Translations under genes and position numbers: made by a program | DNA from: Paracoccus suum | Lineage (GTDB): Bacteria > Pseudomonadota > Alphaproteobacteria > Rhodobacterales > Rhodobacteraceae | Length of the DNA stretch: 32,000 bases | Reading direction: 5' to 3' | Assembly: GCF_003324675.1 (NCBI RefSeq) | Contig: NZ_CP030918.1 | Coordinates: forward strand, 570,001 to 602,000 | In this document: positions 17,335 to 26,761 of the stretch, one piece after another | How positions within the stretch are numbered: position 1 is the stretch's first letter | Layout of the letters: each line of letters opens with the position of its first letter | The notes under the pieces: generated by a model | The model's database searches: none | What the model saw: the letters and a program-made list of their open reading frames with translations, nothing else | Told to the model about the DNA's origin: nothing

Positions 17335-17461
17335 GCTTCCCTCTCGCGAACCTCAAGAGTCGGGGTCGCGCGTCGGGATCACAACCCCGCTGGCCCCCGC
17401 TCGGGTCCGGGTGGCGCAGATGTGATTTTTCCCAAGGGGGACGGTCGCCTAAGCCCGTGCC

Positions 17462-18295
17462 ATGCAAATCCGCCTGTTTCATGCCGCTGCCGCCGTTCTG
17501 ACAGTGCTGGCCATTGCCGGCGGGGCGGCGGCCGCGCCGGGCACCGGACAGACCGGCGCGCCTACTGTCCCCGGCCTTGCCAGCGCGGCGCTGCTGCCCG
17601 GCTGGATCACGGCAGCGGGCACGCGCATGATCGCGCTGGACCTGCAGTTGCAGCCGGGGTGGAAGACCTACTGGCGCGCGCCTGGCGATGCCGGCATCCC
17701 GCCGGAGTTCGACTGGGCCGGCTCGACCAACCAAGGGGCGGTCGTGTTCCACTGGCCCGCGCCCGAAGTGATCGACAGCAACGGCACCCGGACGCTCGGC
17801 TTTCACGACCGGTTGGTCCTGCCGATCGAGGTCGCGCCGGCCGCCCCCGGAGCGCCCCCGGACCTGAAGGTCGCCATCGATTTCGGCCTCTGCCGCGAGA
17901 TCTGCGTGCCCGCGCATGTCACCTTGACAGCACCCCCGCCTGGCGCCGCGCCCGATCCGGTGATCGAGGCCGCACTGGAGGCAGCGCCGCTGCGACTGTC
18001 CGGCCAGGCCGCCTGCCATGTCTCCCCGATCGCGGACGGGTTGCGGATCGACGCCGCCGTCAGGCAGGACCTCGGCCCGCAGCCCAAGGCGGCGCTGGAG
18101 CTGATGACCCCGCCCGGTGCCCCGCCGGTTTGGGTGTCCGAGGCCGAGGTCAGCGTCGACGGCCCGACCATCACCGCCGCCGCCGATTTCGTGCCGCCCT
18201 CGGGCGAACCCTTCGACCTCGACCCCTCGCAAGTGCGGCTGACCCTGATCGACGCAGACGGCCGTGCGGTCGAAGTGGATGGCTGCGCGGGCTAG
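17462..18295 (+). CDS. periplasmic DsbD N-terminal-domain (thiol:disulfide interchange) family protein
   Basis: It has a signal peptide (MQIRLFHAAAAVLTVLAIAGGAAAA). GWKTYWRAPGDAGIPPEFDW and the Cys pair in FGLCREICVP are typical of DsbD-alpha/ScsB-like domains. Confidence 0.7.
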   Translation: MQIRLFHAAAAVLTVLAIAGGAAAAPGTGQTGAPTVPGLASAALLPGWITAAGTRMIALDLQLQPGWKTYWRAPGDAGIPPEFDWAGSTNQGAVVFHWPAPEVIDSNGTRTLGFHDRLVLPIEVAPAAPGAPPDLKVAIDFGLCREICVPAHVTLTAPPPGAAPDPVIEAALEAAPLRLSGQAACHVSPIADGLRIDAAVRQDLGPQPKAALELMTPPGAPPVWVSEAEVSVDGPTITAAADFVPPSGEPFDLDPSQVRLTLIDADGRAVEVDGCAG

Positions 18296-18305
18296 CGCCG
18301 GCCCT

Positions 18306-19130
18306 CTACAGCCCCAGCCGGTCCGCAACCGCCAGCAGATCGGCCCATGCCTCGCGCTTGGCAACCGGATTGCGCAACAGATATGCCGGATGTGTCATCG
18401 GCAGCGCCGGGCGGCCAAAGCATTCCGTCCATGCCCCGCGCAGCCGCAGGATGCCCTCACGGCCCAACCCCGCTTGGCAGGGCGTGTTGCCCATCAGCAG
18501 CAGCACCTCGGGGTTTGCCAGCTCGACATGGCGTGCGAGGAAAGGCACCGAGGCCGCGATCTCGGCCGCATCGGGGCGGCGGTTTCCGGGCGGACGCCAG
18601 GTCAGCACGTTGGTGACATAGAATGCGCGGGCCGGGTCCTCGGCATCGCGGCTCAGGCCGATGGCGGCCAGCAACCGGTCCAGCAACTGGCCGGCGCGGC
18701 CGACGAAGGGTTTGCCCTGCGCGTCCTCGCCCTCGCCCGGGGCCTCGCCGATCACCATCACCCGCGCGGCGGGATTTCCGTCGGCAAAGCAGAAGTTCCG
18801 CGCCCCCCGCTTCAGCGAGATGCCGTCGAAGGCCTGCTGTGCGGCGGCAAGGGCGGCCAGATCGGTGGCCGCCGCCGCAAGCGCCTGCGCCGCCGCAACG
18901 ACATCGGCTTCGCCTTCGCCTTCGCCCGCCATCATCAGGGCCGGGGCCGCTGGCTGCGCCTGCGGCGCGGCGGTCGGCGCAACCGGCGCGGGGACTGCCG
19001 CCTCGGCCAGCCGGTCAACGGGTGCGTCCAGCATCGCCTCGTCCCCGCCCATCTCGCACTGCCATTCCAGCAGCGCGAGCGCGAGCGCGCCATCGATCTC
19101 GTGGCCATGGAATCGGGGCAATGACATCAT
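18306..19130 (-). CDS. family-4 uracil-DNA glycosylase with an alphaproteobacterial N-terminal extension
   Basis: Motif A is [30 protein letters not shown] and motif B is [11 protein letters not shown]. The N-terminal ~110 aa is an Ala/Pro-rich extension. Confidence 0.85.
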   Translation of the reverse strand: MMSLPRFHGHEIDGALALALLEWQCEMGGDEAMLDAPVDRLAEAAVPAPVAPTAAPQAQPAAPALMMAGEGEGEADVVAAAQALAAAATDLAALAAAQQAFDGISLKRGARNFCFADGNPAARVMVIGEAPGEGEDAQGKPFVGRAGQLLDRLLAAIGLSRDAEDPARAFYVTNVLTWRPPGNRRPDAAEIAASVPFLARHVELANPEVLLLMGNTPCQAGLGREGILRLRGAWTECFGRPALPMTHPAYLLRNPVAKREAWADLLAVADRLGL

Positions 19131-19239
19131 GGCCGCAGGCTATCCCCGGCCTGCCTCGGGGGCCAGTTGGTATCGCCCGGTTGAAGGGTCGCGCGGCATC
19201 TGCGATAGACCCCACGTGACCGTGATCGAGGGGCAGGCC

Positions 19240-20208
19240 ATGACGTTCCGCGCGCGCCATCTGCTGGGGATCGAGCCGCTCTCCCCGCCGGAAATCGTCA
19301 GCCTTCTGGATCTGGCCGAAACCTACGTCGCCTTCAACCGGCGCACGGTGAAGCATTCCGACGCGCTGGAGGGGCTCACTCAGATCAACATGTTCTTCGA
19401 ACCCTCGACCCGCACCCAGTCCAGCTTCGAGCTGGCGGGCAAGCGGCTGGGCGCGGATGTGATGAACATGGCCATGGCCCAGTCCAGCCTGACCAAGGGC
19501 GAGACACTGATCGACACGGCGCTGACGCTGAACGCCATGCGCCCGGACCTGCTGGTGGTCCGCCACCAGGATTCGGGGGCGGTGAACCTGCTCGCCTCCA
19601 AGGTCGATTGCGCCGTCATCAATGCCGGCGATGGCCGCCATGAACACCCGACCCAGGCGCTGCTGGACGCGCTGACTATCCGCCGCGCCAAGGGCCGCCT
19701 GCAGCGCCTGACCATCGCCATCTGTGGCGATATTGCCCATAGCCGCGTTGCACGCTCGAACCTGATCCTGCTCGGCAAGATGGAGAACCGGCTGCGCCTC
19801 GTCGGTCCCGCCACCCTGATGCCCGCCGGCGCGGCCGACCTCGGCTGCGAGGTCTATGAGGATATGCGCGAAGGCCTCGCAGGCGCCGACGTCGTGATGA
19901 TGCTGCGCCTGCAAAAGGAACGCATGGACGGCGGCTTCATCCCCTCGGCCCGCGAATATTTCCACCGCTGGGGACTGGATGCCGAAAAGCTGGCCTGCGC
20001 CAAGCCCGACGCCATCGTCATGCACCCGGGCCCGATGAACCGGGGGGTCGAGATTGACGGCACCATCGCCGACGACATCAACCGCAGCGTCATCCAGGAC
20101 CAGGTCGAGATGGGAGTGGCGGTCAGGATGGCCGCGATGGACCTGCTGGCGCGCAACCTGCGTGCCGAGCGCGGCGCGCGGGCGGCGGAGGAGAGCATCG
20201 ATGTGTAG
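19240..20208 (+). CDS. pyrB: aspartate carbamoyltransferase catalytic chain
   Basis: Internal start [15 protein letters not shown]... (ATG at 19240) of track ORF 18661..20208. Motifs [23 protein letters not shown] and HPGPMNRG are present. Confidence 0.93.
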   Translation: MTFRARHLLGIEPLSPPEIVSLLDLAETYVAFNRRTVKHSDALEGLTQINMFFEPSTRTQSSFELAGKRLGADVMNMAMAQSSLTKGETLIDTALTLNAMRPDLLVVRHQDSGAVNLLASKVDCAVINAGDGRHEHPTQALLDALTIRRAKGRLQRLTIAICGDIAHSRVARSNLILLGKMENRLRLVGPATLMPAGAADLGCEVYEDMREGLAGADVVMMLRLQKERMDGGFIPSAREYFHRWGLDAEKLACAKPDAIVMHPGPMNRGVEIDGTIADDINRSVIQDQVEMGVAVRMAAMDLLARNLRAERGARAAEESIDV

Positions 20209-20271
20209 CTCTGGCCCTTTGCCCCGCACGCACCTGCGCGCGATCTGCCGCGCCCCGTTCAGGAGTCCGCG

Positions 20272-21531
20272 ATGAACCTCCACTTCATCAACGCCCGCCT
20301 GATCGACCCCGAGGCGCAGACCGACGCCATCGGCAGCCTGGCGGTCGCCGATGGCGTGATCGTTGCGGACGCGCCCGAGGGGGCGGCCACCATCGATTGC
20401 GGCGGCAAGTGCCTCGCCCCGGGGCTGATCGACTGGGGGGTCAAGATCGGCGAGCCGGGCGAGCGGCACAAGGAATCCCTGCGCAGCGCGGCCGCGGCCG
20501 CGGTCGCGGGCGGCGTCACCACGATCATCGCCCGGCCTGACACCCTGCCCCCCATCGACAGCCCCGAGGCGCTGGAGTTTGCCACCCGGCGCGCGGCCGA
20601 AGTGTCCGCGCGCGTGCGCCACCAGGCGGCACTGACCCGCGGACGCGAGGGCGCCGAGATGGTCGAGATGGCATTCCTGTCCGATGCCGGGGCCATCGCC
20701 TTCACCGATGGCGTACGCGTCACCACGAACACCCGGCTGCTGTCGCGTGCCATGACCTATGCCCGCGGCATCGGCGCTCTGATCGTCGGCCATCCTCAGG
20801 ATGCGGACCTGTCGCGCGGCGCGTCCGCGACCAGCGGCAAGTTCGCCTCGCTCTACGGGCTCGCAGCCGTCTCGACCATGGCCGAGCGCATGGGCCTCGA
20901 GCGGGACCTGGCGCTGGTAGAGTTGACCGGCGCGCGCTGGCACGCCGACCAGATCACCGCCGCCTGCGCCCTGCCCGCGATCGAGCGCGCGCGCACCGCC
21001 GGCCTCGACGTCAGCTTTGGCACCTCGATCCACCACCTGACACTGAACGAGTTCGACGTCGGCGATTATCGCACCTTCTTCCGCTTCACCCCGCCCCTGC
21101 GGTCCGAGGATGATCGCGTCGCAATGATCGAGGCCGTGGCCGATGGCCGGATCGACGTCATCGGCAGCTTTCACACCCCGCAGGACGAGGAATCCAAGCG
21201 CCTGCCCTTTGCCGCCGCCGCGCCCGGCGCCGTCGGGTTGGAGACGCTGCTGCCGGCGGCGATGCGGCTCTACCATCAGGGCGGCCTCAGCCTGCCGCAA
21301 CTCTGGCGGGCGATGTCGCTGAACCCGGCCCGCCGGCTGGGACTGCCGGGCGGGCGCCTGACCGCCGGCGCGCCGGCGGATCTGGTCCTGTTCGATCCCG
21401 ACGCGCCATTCATCCTCGACCGTTTCACGCTGCGCTCGAAATCCAAGAACACGCCCTTTGACGGAGCGCGGATGGAGGGGCGGGTGCTCGGCACATGGGT
21501 CGGCGGTGCGCAGGTCTATGCCCATGAGTGA
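20272..21531 (+). CDS. pyrC: dihydroorotase-like protein with degenerate active site (PyrC'-type, probable non-catalytic ATCase partner)
   Basis: It is collinear with class I dihydroorotases (APGLID....GEPG..HKE, AFTDG, SIHHL, KSKNTPF). However, the HxH metal motif reads DWGVK (20431-20445), the CHVS His position reads ADQI, and TDHAPH reads SFHTPQ. Confidence 0.8.
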   Translation: MNLHFINARLIDPEAQTDAIGSLAVADGVIVADAPEGAATIDCGGKCLAPGLIDWGVKIGEPGERHKESLRSAAAAAVAGGVTTIIARPDTLPPIDSPEALEFATRRAAEVSARVRHQAALTRGREGAEMVEMAFLSDAGAIAFTDGVRVTTNTRLLSRAMTYARGIGALIVGHPQDADLSRGASATSGKFASLYGLAAVSTMAERMGLERDLALVELTGARWHADQITAACALPAIERARTAGLDVSFGTSIHHLTLNEFDVGDYRTFFRFTPPLRSEDDRVAMIEAVADGRIDVIGSFHTPQDEESKRLPFAAAAPGAVGLETLLPAAMRLYHQGGLSLPQLWRAMSLNPARRLGLPGGRLTAGAPADLVLFDPDAPFILDRFTLRSKSKNTPFDGARMEGRVLGTWVGGAQVYAHE

Positions 21532-22120
21532 GGTGCTGGTCTGGGCGCTCGCGGCCATATTTGGCTACCTGCTCGGCTCGGTGCCGTTCGGGATCGTCAT
21601 TACGCGGGCCCTCGGCCTCGGTGATCTGCGTACCATCGGCTCGGGCAATATCGGCGCGACCAATGTGCTGCGTACCGGCCACAAGGGTGCCGCCTTGGCG
21701 ACGTTGCTGCTGGACAGCGGCAAGGGCGCCATTGCCGTGCTGATCGCCCGCTATTTCGGTGGCGAGGTGGCGGGGATCGTCGCCGGCACCGCCGCCTTCG
21801 TCGGCCACCTGTTTCCGGTCTGGCTGGGCTTCCGGGGCGGCAAGGGGGTCGCGACCTTCCTTGGCACCCTGCTGGCGCTGCATCTGCCGCTGGGGCTGGC
21901 CGCGTGCGCCGCCTGGGCGCTGACGGCGGCGGTCAGCCGCATCAGCAGCCTGTCGGCACTGGCGGCAGCCGGCCTCTCACCGGTGATTGCGCTGATGATG
22001 GCCCGCCCGGGCATCGCACTCGCCTGCCTTGGCATGGCGGTCCTGATCGCAGTCCGGCACCGCACCAATATCGCCCGCCTCCGCGCCGGAACCGAACCGA
22101 GGATCGGCCGCAAGGGCTGA
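21524..22120 (+). CDS. plsY: glycerol-3-phosphate acyltransferase PlsY (acyl-phosphate dependent)
   Basis: Internal start MSEVLVWALAAIFGYLLGSVPFGIVITR...GSGNIGATNVLRTG...FPVWLGFRGGKGVAT of track ORF 21458..22120. The start overlaps the pyrC' end by 8 nt. Confidence 0.92.
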   Translation: MSEVLVWALAAIFGYLLGSVPFGIVITRALGLGDLRTIGSGNIGATNVLRTGHKGAALATLLLDSGKGAIAVLIARYFGGEVAGIVAGTAAFVGHLFPVWLGFRGGKGVATFLGTLLALHLPLGLAACAAWALTAAVSRISSLSALAAAGLSPVIALMMARPGIALACLGMAVLIAVRHRTNIARLRAGTEPRIGRKG

Positions 22121-22178
22121 TACTTGGGGGAACCTCCGCGCCATTGCCTAGGTTGCGCCCGTTAGGGGAGGACCACCA

Positions 22179-22916
22179 ATGAAAGCCGTGCTCACCATGA
22201 CCATGATCGCTGCCGCCGGCTTGCCGGCCGCCACCGCCGCCGGCGAGGCCGTGACCTATTCCGCCGAAGGGCGCGAATTCGAGGGTTATTTGGCCAAGGC
22301 CGACAATCCCAAGGGTGCCGTCGTGCTCATCCACGACTGGGACGGGTTGAACGAATACGAGAAGTCGCGCGCCGACCAGTTGGCCGCACTGGGCTACAGC
22401 ACCTTTGCCGTCGACATCTATGGCAAGGGCGTTCGCCCGACCACGATGGAAGGCAACAAGGCCGAGACCGCGAAGCTGTATGGCGACCGGCCAATGATGG
22501 TGAAGCTGCTTGAGGCCAGCGTGGCCGAGGCGCAGAAGCAGGGGCTGAAGTCGGCCGTCGTGATCGGCTACTGCTTTGGCGGCGCGGCGGCGCTGGAGCT
22601 TGCAGCCGCCCAGCCCGAGGGCGTGGTGGGCTACGGCACCTTCCATGCCGGTCTGGGGCAGCTAAAGGACACCGACTTTGCCGCCGCCAAGGCACCGGTG
22701 CGGCTATGGCATGGCGGCGCTGACGCCTCGGCCCCGCTGACCGCTCTGGCGGTGGTGGGCGATAAGCTGAATGCGGCGGGAACGCCGTGGCGCGCCACGA
22801 TCTATGGCGGCGCGCGCCACACCTTCACCGTCCCCGGCACCAAGGATTACGTCGAGGCTGATGACAAGGACAGCTGGGCGCAGTTCCAGGCCTTCCTTGC
22901 CGAGGTCTTCAAATGA
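22179..22916 (+). CDS. dienelactone hydrolase family protein (secreted)
   Basis: It has a signal peptide ([22 protein letters not shown]). [11 protein letters not shown]...AVDIYGKG...VIGYCFGG (nucleophile elbow with Cys) and a C-terminal HTF are typical of the DLH family. Confidence 0.8.
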   Translation: MKAVLTMTMIAAAGLPAATAAGEAVTYSAEGREFEGYLAKADNPKGAVVLIHDWDGLNEYEKSRADQLAALGYSTFAVDIYGKGVRPTTMEGNKAETAKLYGDRPMMVKLLEASVAEAQKQGLKSAVVIGYCFGGAAALELAAAQPEGVVGYGTFHAGLGQLKDTDFAAAKAPVRLWHGGADASAPLTALAVVGDKLNAAGTPWRATIYGGARHTFTVPGTKDYVEADDKDSWAQFQAFLAEVFK

Positions 22917-23311
22917 GGATCACGCGGGCGGGCAGCCAGCCCTCGAAACCCGGGCCCAAGGAATGGTTCACCGGCAGTGTCCGGCTGGATGCGCCGATTG
23001 CCACCGAGGCGCCGGCGCGTCTTGCTGGCGCAAGCGTGACGTTCGAGCCCGGGGCGCGAACCAACTGGCACACCCATCCGCTGGGACAGACGCTGGTCAT
23101 CACCGCTGGCCTCGGCCGCGCGGCACGCGAGGGCGGCCCGGTCGAGGAATTACGGCCCGGCGACATCGTCTGGTTCGCCCCGGGCGAGCGGCACTGGCAC
23201 GGCGCAGCCCCGGACACGGCGATGACCCACCTCGCCTTGCAGGAAGCCGGCGAGGATGGCAGCGCTGTGACTTGGCTGGAGCCGGTCAGCGCCGCAGATT
23301 ATCGGGCTTGA
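22913..23311 (+). CDS. cupin domain protein
   Basis: [23 protein letters not shown]...[16 protein letters not shown] carries cupin motifs 1 and 2. Its ATG overlaps the upstream stop (ATGA). Confidence 0.8.
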   Translation: MRITRAGSQPSKPGPKEWFTGSVRLDAPIATEAPARLAGASVTFEPGARTNWHTHPLGQTLVITAGLGRAAREGGPVEELRPGDIVWFAPGERHWHGAAPDTAMTHLALQEAGEDGSAVTWLEPVSAADYRA

Positions 23312-23660
23312 CCGGGCCCTGAACGATGGGCGGACCGGCGCGGCGGACCGCGGCGCCCGCTTGCGGGACAAGCCCCTGCGGCGCAGGGGCGCCGCGGCCG
23401 GCACTGCCGCCGCGCGCGATAGCTTCGGCCGCCTCGGCCGTGCGCCGCGTGTTGGCGTGAATCCCCAGCGCGATATAGGCAAAGCCGAAGGTCAGGATGA
23501 TGGACACCGCCCCGGCGACGACGACCGCAACGGCCGCGATCAGCGCCTGTGGCCGGTCCGAGATTGCCGTGAAGTAAGCCGTCGTCAGCACACCCAGCAC
23601 TGACAGCACGACGAACAGTCCCAGCAGCCGTTCCATCCAGGTAATGAAGAAATCGCGCAT
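23286..23660 (-). CDS. hypothetical small membrane protein (2 TM, basic/Ala-rich tail)
   Basis: 124-aa ORF lying 54 nt downstream of gshA on the same strand ([25 protein letters not shown]...). Its 3' end overlaps the convergent cupin gene by 26 nt. I recognise no family. Confidence 0.5.
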   Translation of the reverse strand: MRDFFITWMERLLGLFVVLSVLGVLTTAYFTAISDRPQALIAAVAVVVAGAVSIILTFGFAYIALGIHANTRRTAEAAEAIARGGSAGRGAPAPQGLVPQAGAAVRRAGPPIVQGPVKPDNLRR

Positions 23661-23714
23661 CAGATCACTCGCTTTGCCTTGCCCAACGGACCGCGCCGCC
23701 GCCGGGCCGAAGGT

Positions 23715-25085
23715 TCAATAGGAATATTCGGCGTAGACCCGGGACAGATCGCCCTGCCATTCGCCGTGATACTTGGCCAGCAACTCGTCCGCCGGCACGC
23801 GGCCGCTCTCGACGCTGTCCTGCAACGCCTCCAGAAACCGCGTCTCGTCTGGCACCAGCCCATCCGATCCGGGGCGCGCGCGCGCCTTCAGGCCGGAATG
23901 AGCGATGTCGACGGCCTGCCGTGCGATCTCGTGGAGCGAGACGCCGTTCGCCTCGCCCTGAAGGGCATCGCGGGCGGCAGCGCGGCGCAGCCCCTCGCGC
24001 GTCTCGTGATCCCAGCCCTTGACCAGGTCCCACGCGGCATCGAGCGCCGTGCCATCATACAGCAAACCGACCCACAGCGCCGGCAGCGCGCAAAGGCGGG
24101 CCCAAGGGCCGCCATCGGCGCCACGCATCTCGATGAATTTCTTGACCCGCGCCTCGGGGAACACGGTCGTCATGTGGTCGGCCCAGTCCGACAGGGTCGG
24201 CCGCTCGCCCGGCAGTGCCGGCAGCTCGCCCTTCAGGAAGTCGCGGAAGGATTGGCCCAAGGCATTGATGTACTTGCCGTCGCGGTAGACGAAATACATC
24301 GGCACATCGAGGACATAGTCCACCCAACGCTCGTAACCGAAACCGTCCTCGAAGGCGAAGGGCAGCATGCCGGTGCGGTCCTCGTCGAGGTTCTGCCAGA
24401 TATGTGCGCGCCATGACTTGTAGCCGTTCGGCTTGCCATCAAGGAACGGCGAATTGGCGAACAGCGCCGTTGCCACCGGCTGCAGGGCAAGGGCAACGCG
24501 CATCTTCTTGACCATGTCGGCTTCGCTGCCGAAGTCGAGGTTCACCTGCACAGTGCAGGTGCGATACATCATGTCGGTGCCCATGGTGCCGACGCGCTTC
24601 ATGTAGTCGGTCATCAGCCGATAGCGCCCCTTGGGCATCATCGGCATCTGGTCCAGCCGCCAGATCGGCGCGGCGCCCAGGCCCATGAAGCCGGCGCCGA
24701 TGGAATCGGCCACGGTCTTGACCTCGCGCAGGTGCTGATTGACCTCTTCGCAGGTGTGATGGATCGTCTCGACCGGCGCGCCGGACAGTTCGAACTGCCC
24801 CCCCGGCTCCAGGCTGATGTTGGCGCCGTCGCGGGTCAGGCCGATGATGTTGCCCTGTTCCAGCACCGGCTCGTAGCCAAAGCGCGCCTGCATCCCCTCG
24901 AGCATCGCCTTGATCGAGCGTGGGCCGTCATAGGGCAGCGGCAGCAGGTCATCGCGGGTATAGCCGAACTTTTCGTGTTCGGTACCGATGCGCCAATCCG
25001 CGGAGGGCTTTTCACCCGAGGCGATGTATTCGGCCAGTTCTTCGGGCCGTTCGATCAGGCCACCGCCCTGCTGCGGAATGGACAT
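23715..25085 (-). CDS. gshA: glutamate--cysteine ligase, plant/alphaproteobacterial type (GCS2 family)
   Basis: MSIPQQGGGLIERPEELAEYIASGEKPSADWRIGTEHEKFGY... continuing to ...MRGADGGPW... is characteristic of the plant-type gamma-ECL. I chose the ATG at 25085 (the track ORF extends to 25136). Confidence 0.9.
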   Translation of the reverse strand: MSIPQQGGGLIERPEELAEYIASGEKPSADWRIGTEHEKFGYTRDDLLPLPYDGPRSIKAMLEGMQARFGYEPVLEQGNIIGLTRDGANISLEPGGQFELSGAPVETIHHTCEEVNQHLREVKTVADSIGAGFMGLGAAPIWRLDQMPMMPKGRYRLMTDYMKRVGTMGTDMMYRTCTVQVNLDFGSEADMVKKMRVALALQPVATALFANSPFLDGKPNGYKSWRAHIWQNLDEDRTGMLPFAFEDGFGYERWVDYVLDVPMYFVYRDGKYINALGQSFRDFLKGELPALPGERPTLSDWADHMTTVFPEARVKKFIEMRGADGGPWARLCALPALWVGLLYDGTALDAAWDLVKGWDHETREGLRRAAARDALQGEANGVSLHEIARQAVDIAHSGLKARARPGSDGLVPDETRFLEALQDSVESGRVPADELLAKYHGEWQGDLSRVYAEYSY

Positions 25086-25145
25086 GGCACTAGCCTCTCG
25101 TGGTGCATGACGTGGCCAGACAGGTGGCCCGCCCATGGGGCCGAG

Positions 25146-25742
25146 TCAACCCGGCGGCAGGTGGGAGGTTGGCCCGGCTTGCGGCGGGAACGGCGGCTGG
25201 CCCGGGGCCCGGTCTGGGGGTGGGATGTTGGAGCGCGGCGCGGTCCAGGCGACCAGCACGGCCGGGCCGCCCTCCGCCTCGGCCCGGGCCAGGGCGGCGG
25301 CGATACGGGTCAGGTCGGCCCCCGGCAGGCCGGCAAAGGCATCTGCCAGCACCTCGGCCCCGGCGGCATCGGCAGGGATCAGCAGCGCCTCGCCGCCGCG
25401 CGTGCGCAGCCGCCAATGCGCCCTGCCATTCAGGCGCAGCACGCGAACCTCGGCGAGATCGCGAAGCGAGACCTCTCCGCCCAGCACGCGGGCCGCGAAG
25501 TAGCGAACCATTCCTTCTTCGACCTCGACCATGCCCGGCCCGTCCGCCCGCCCGCGCAGACGCAGATGGGCCAGTTCGACCGCCAGCCAGCCGCCCGCCC
25601 CGGCGAAGACCAGCGTGCCCAGCGGCCAGAACACCCAGCCGCCGCGGCTGAACACCCAGCCGCCCAGCAGCATAGCGGCCACGGCAACAAGCGCCGGGCG
25701 CCACGGCGCGAGCCGGCGGGCGAGATCGGGACGGATCAGCAT
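25146..25742 (-). CDS. hypothetical membrane protein (2 N-terminal TM plus a soluble domain)
   Basis: MLIRPDLARRLAPWRPALVAVAAMLLGGWVF... The ATG at 25742 is preceded by GGGAGG. It ends 60 nt upstream of gshA on the same strand. I recognise no family. Confidence 0.55.
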   Translation of the reverse strand: MLIRPDLARRLAPWRPALVAVAAMLLGGWVFSRGGWVFWPLGTLVFAGAGGWLAVELAHLRLRGRADGPGMVEVEEGMVRYFAARVLGGEVSLRDLAEVRVLRLNGRAHWRLRTRGGEALLIPADAAGAEVLADAFAGLPGADLTRIAAALARAEAEGGPAVLVAWTAPRSNIPPPDRAPGQPPFPPQAGPTSHLPPG

Positions 25743-25960
25743 GCAGCCTCCCAAGGTTGCGAACGTGTTAGCGCGGATCGCAGGTCGTTGCGAGCCGGGT
25801 GCCCGTCACGTTTGCTCAAAGCGGGCGCATCGCGAGAGAGGCTCCCGCAGAACGACCGGCGGCACGCTGAGGTGCGGCGAAGGCTTCAGGCACTCCGTTG
25901 CGCGCCCCTGACGCGGTCCACCGCTTGCTTGCCGCGCGGCCCGGCGGCGCTTATCTGCGG

Positions 25961-26761
25961 ATGATGCGCATCCCGTTTTTGTCCCCATCGCCACCTGCCG
26001 TTGCCGTCATCCGCCTGCAGGGGCTGATCGGCGCCGGCCGACCGGGGCTGTCGGATGCCGGCGTCGCGCCCATCCTGCACCGCGCGTTTCGTCGCAAGCG
26101 GCCGGTCGCGGTAGCACTGGCCGTCAACTCACCCGGTGGATCGCCGGTCCAATCCTCGCTGATCGCCGCCCGCATCCGCCGCCTGGCGGAGGATCATTCC
26201 GTTCCGGTGCATGCCTTTGTCGAGGACATGGCGGCCTCGGGCGGATACTGGCTGGCGAGCGCGGCGGACGACATCTGGTGCGACGAAAGCTCGATCCTCG
26301 GCTCGATCGGGGTGATCTCGGCCGGGTTCGGCTTTCACGACCTGATCGCCCGCTACGGGATCGAGCGCCGCGTCCATACCGCCGGACGCTCGAAATCGCT
26401 GATGGACCCGTTCCGGCCCGAGCGCCCCGAGGACGTCGCCCGGCTGGAGACGCTGCTGCGCCCGATCCATGCCGCATTCAAGGCGCAGGTGATCGCCCGG
26501 CGGGGCAAGCGGCTAGCGGAGGGCATCGATCTGTTCACTGGCGATATCTGGGCTGGGCGCGAGGCGGTGACGCTGGGCCTTGCCGACGGGATCGGCCACA
26601 TGGTCCCGCGCCTGCGCGAGCTTTACGGTCGCGACGTGCGCCTGCTGCCCTACGGCATGCGCCCGCCGCTGCTGCGGCGGCTGGGGCTGACGGCGGCCGA
26701 GGGGGTTCTGGACGCGGCCGACGAGCGCCTGGCCTTTTCAAGATTCGAGGCACGGACATGA
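25961..26761 (+). CDS. S49 family serine peptidase (SppA/SohB-like)
   Basis: VAVALAVNSPGGSPVQS...FVEDMAASGGYWLASAADDIW (catalytic Ser context) and ...HTAGRSKSLMDPF (Lys context) are present. The start MMRIPF at 25961 lies inside track ORF 25898..26761. Confidence 0.85.
   Translation: MMRIPFLSPSPPAVAVIRLQGLIGAGRPGLSDAGVAPILHRAFRRKRPVAVALAVNSPGGSPVQSSLIAARIRRLAEDHSVPVHAFVEDMAASGGYWLASAADDIWCDESSILGSIGVISAGFGFHDLIARYGIERRVHTAGRSKSLMDPFRPERPEDVARLETLLRPIHAAFKAQVIARRGKRLAEGIDLFTGDIWAGREAVTLGLADGIGHMVPRLRELYGRDVRLLPYGMRPPLLRRLGLTAAEGVLDAADERLAFSRFEART

Noticed and set aside
19015-21558. 847-aa ORF on the minus strand across pyrB and pyrC'
   Set aside because: It is antisense to pyrB and the dihydroorotase-like gene. 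Its composition is Arg/Gly/Ala/Asp-rich without any domain signature, so it is a high-GC artefact.
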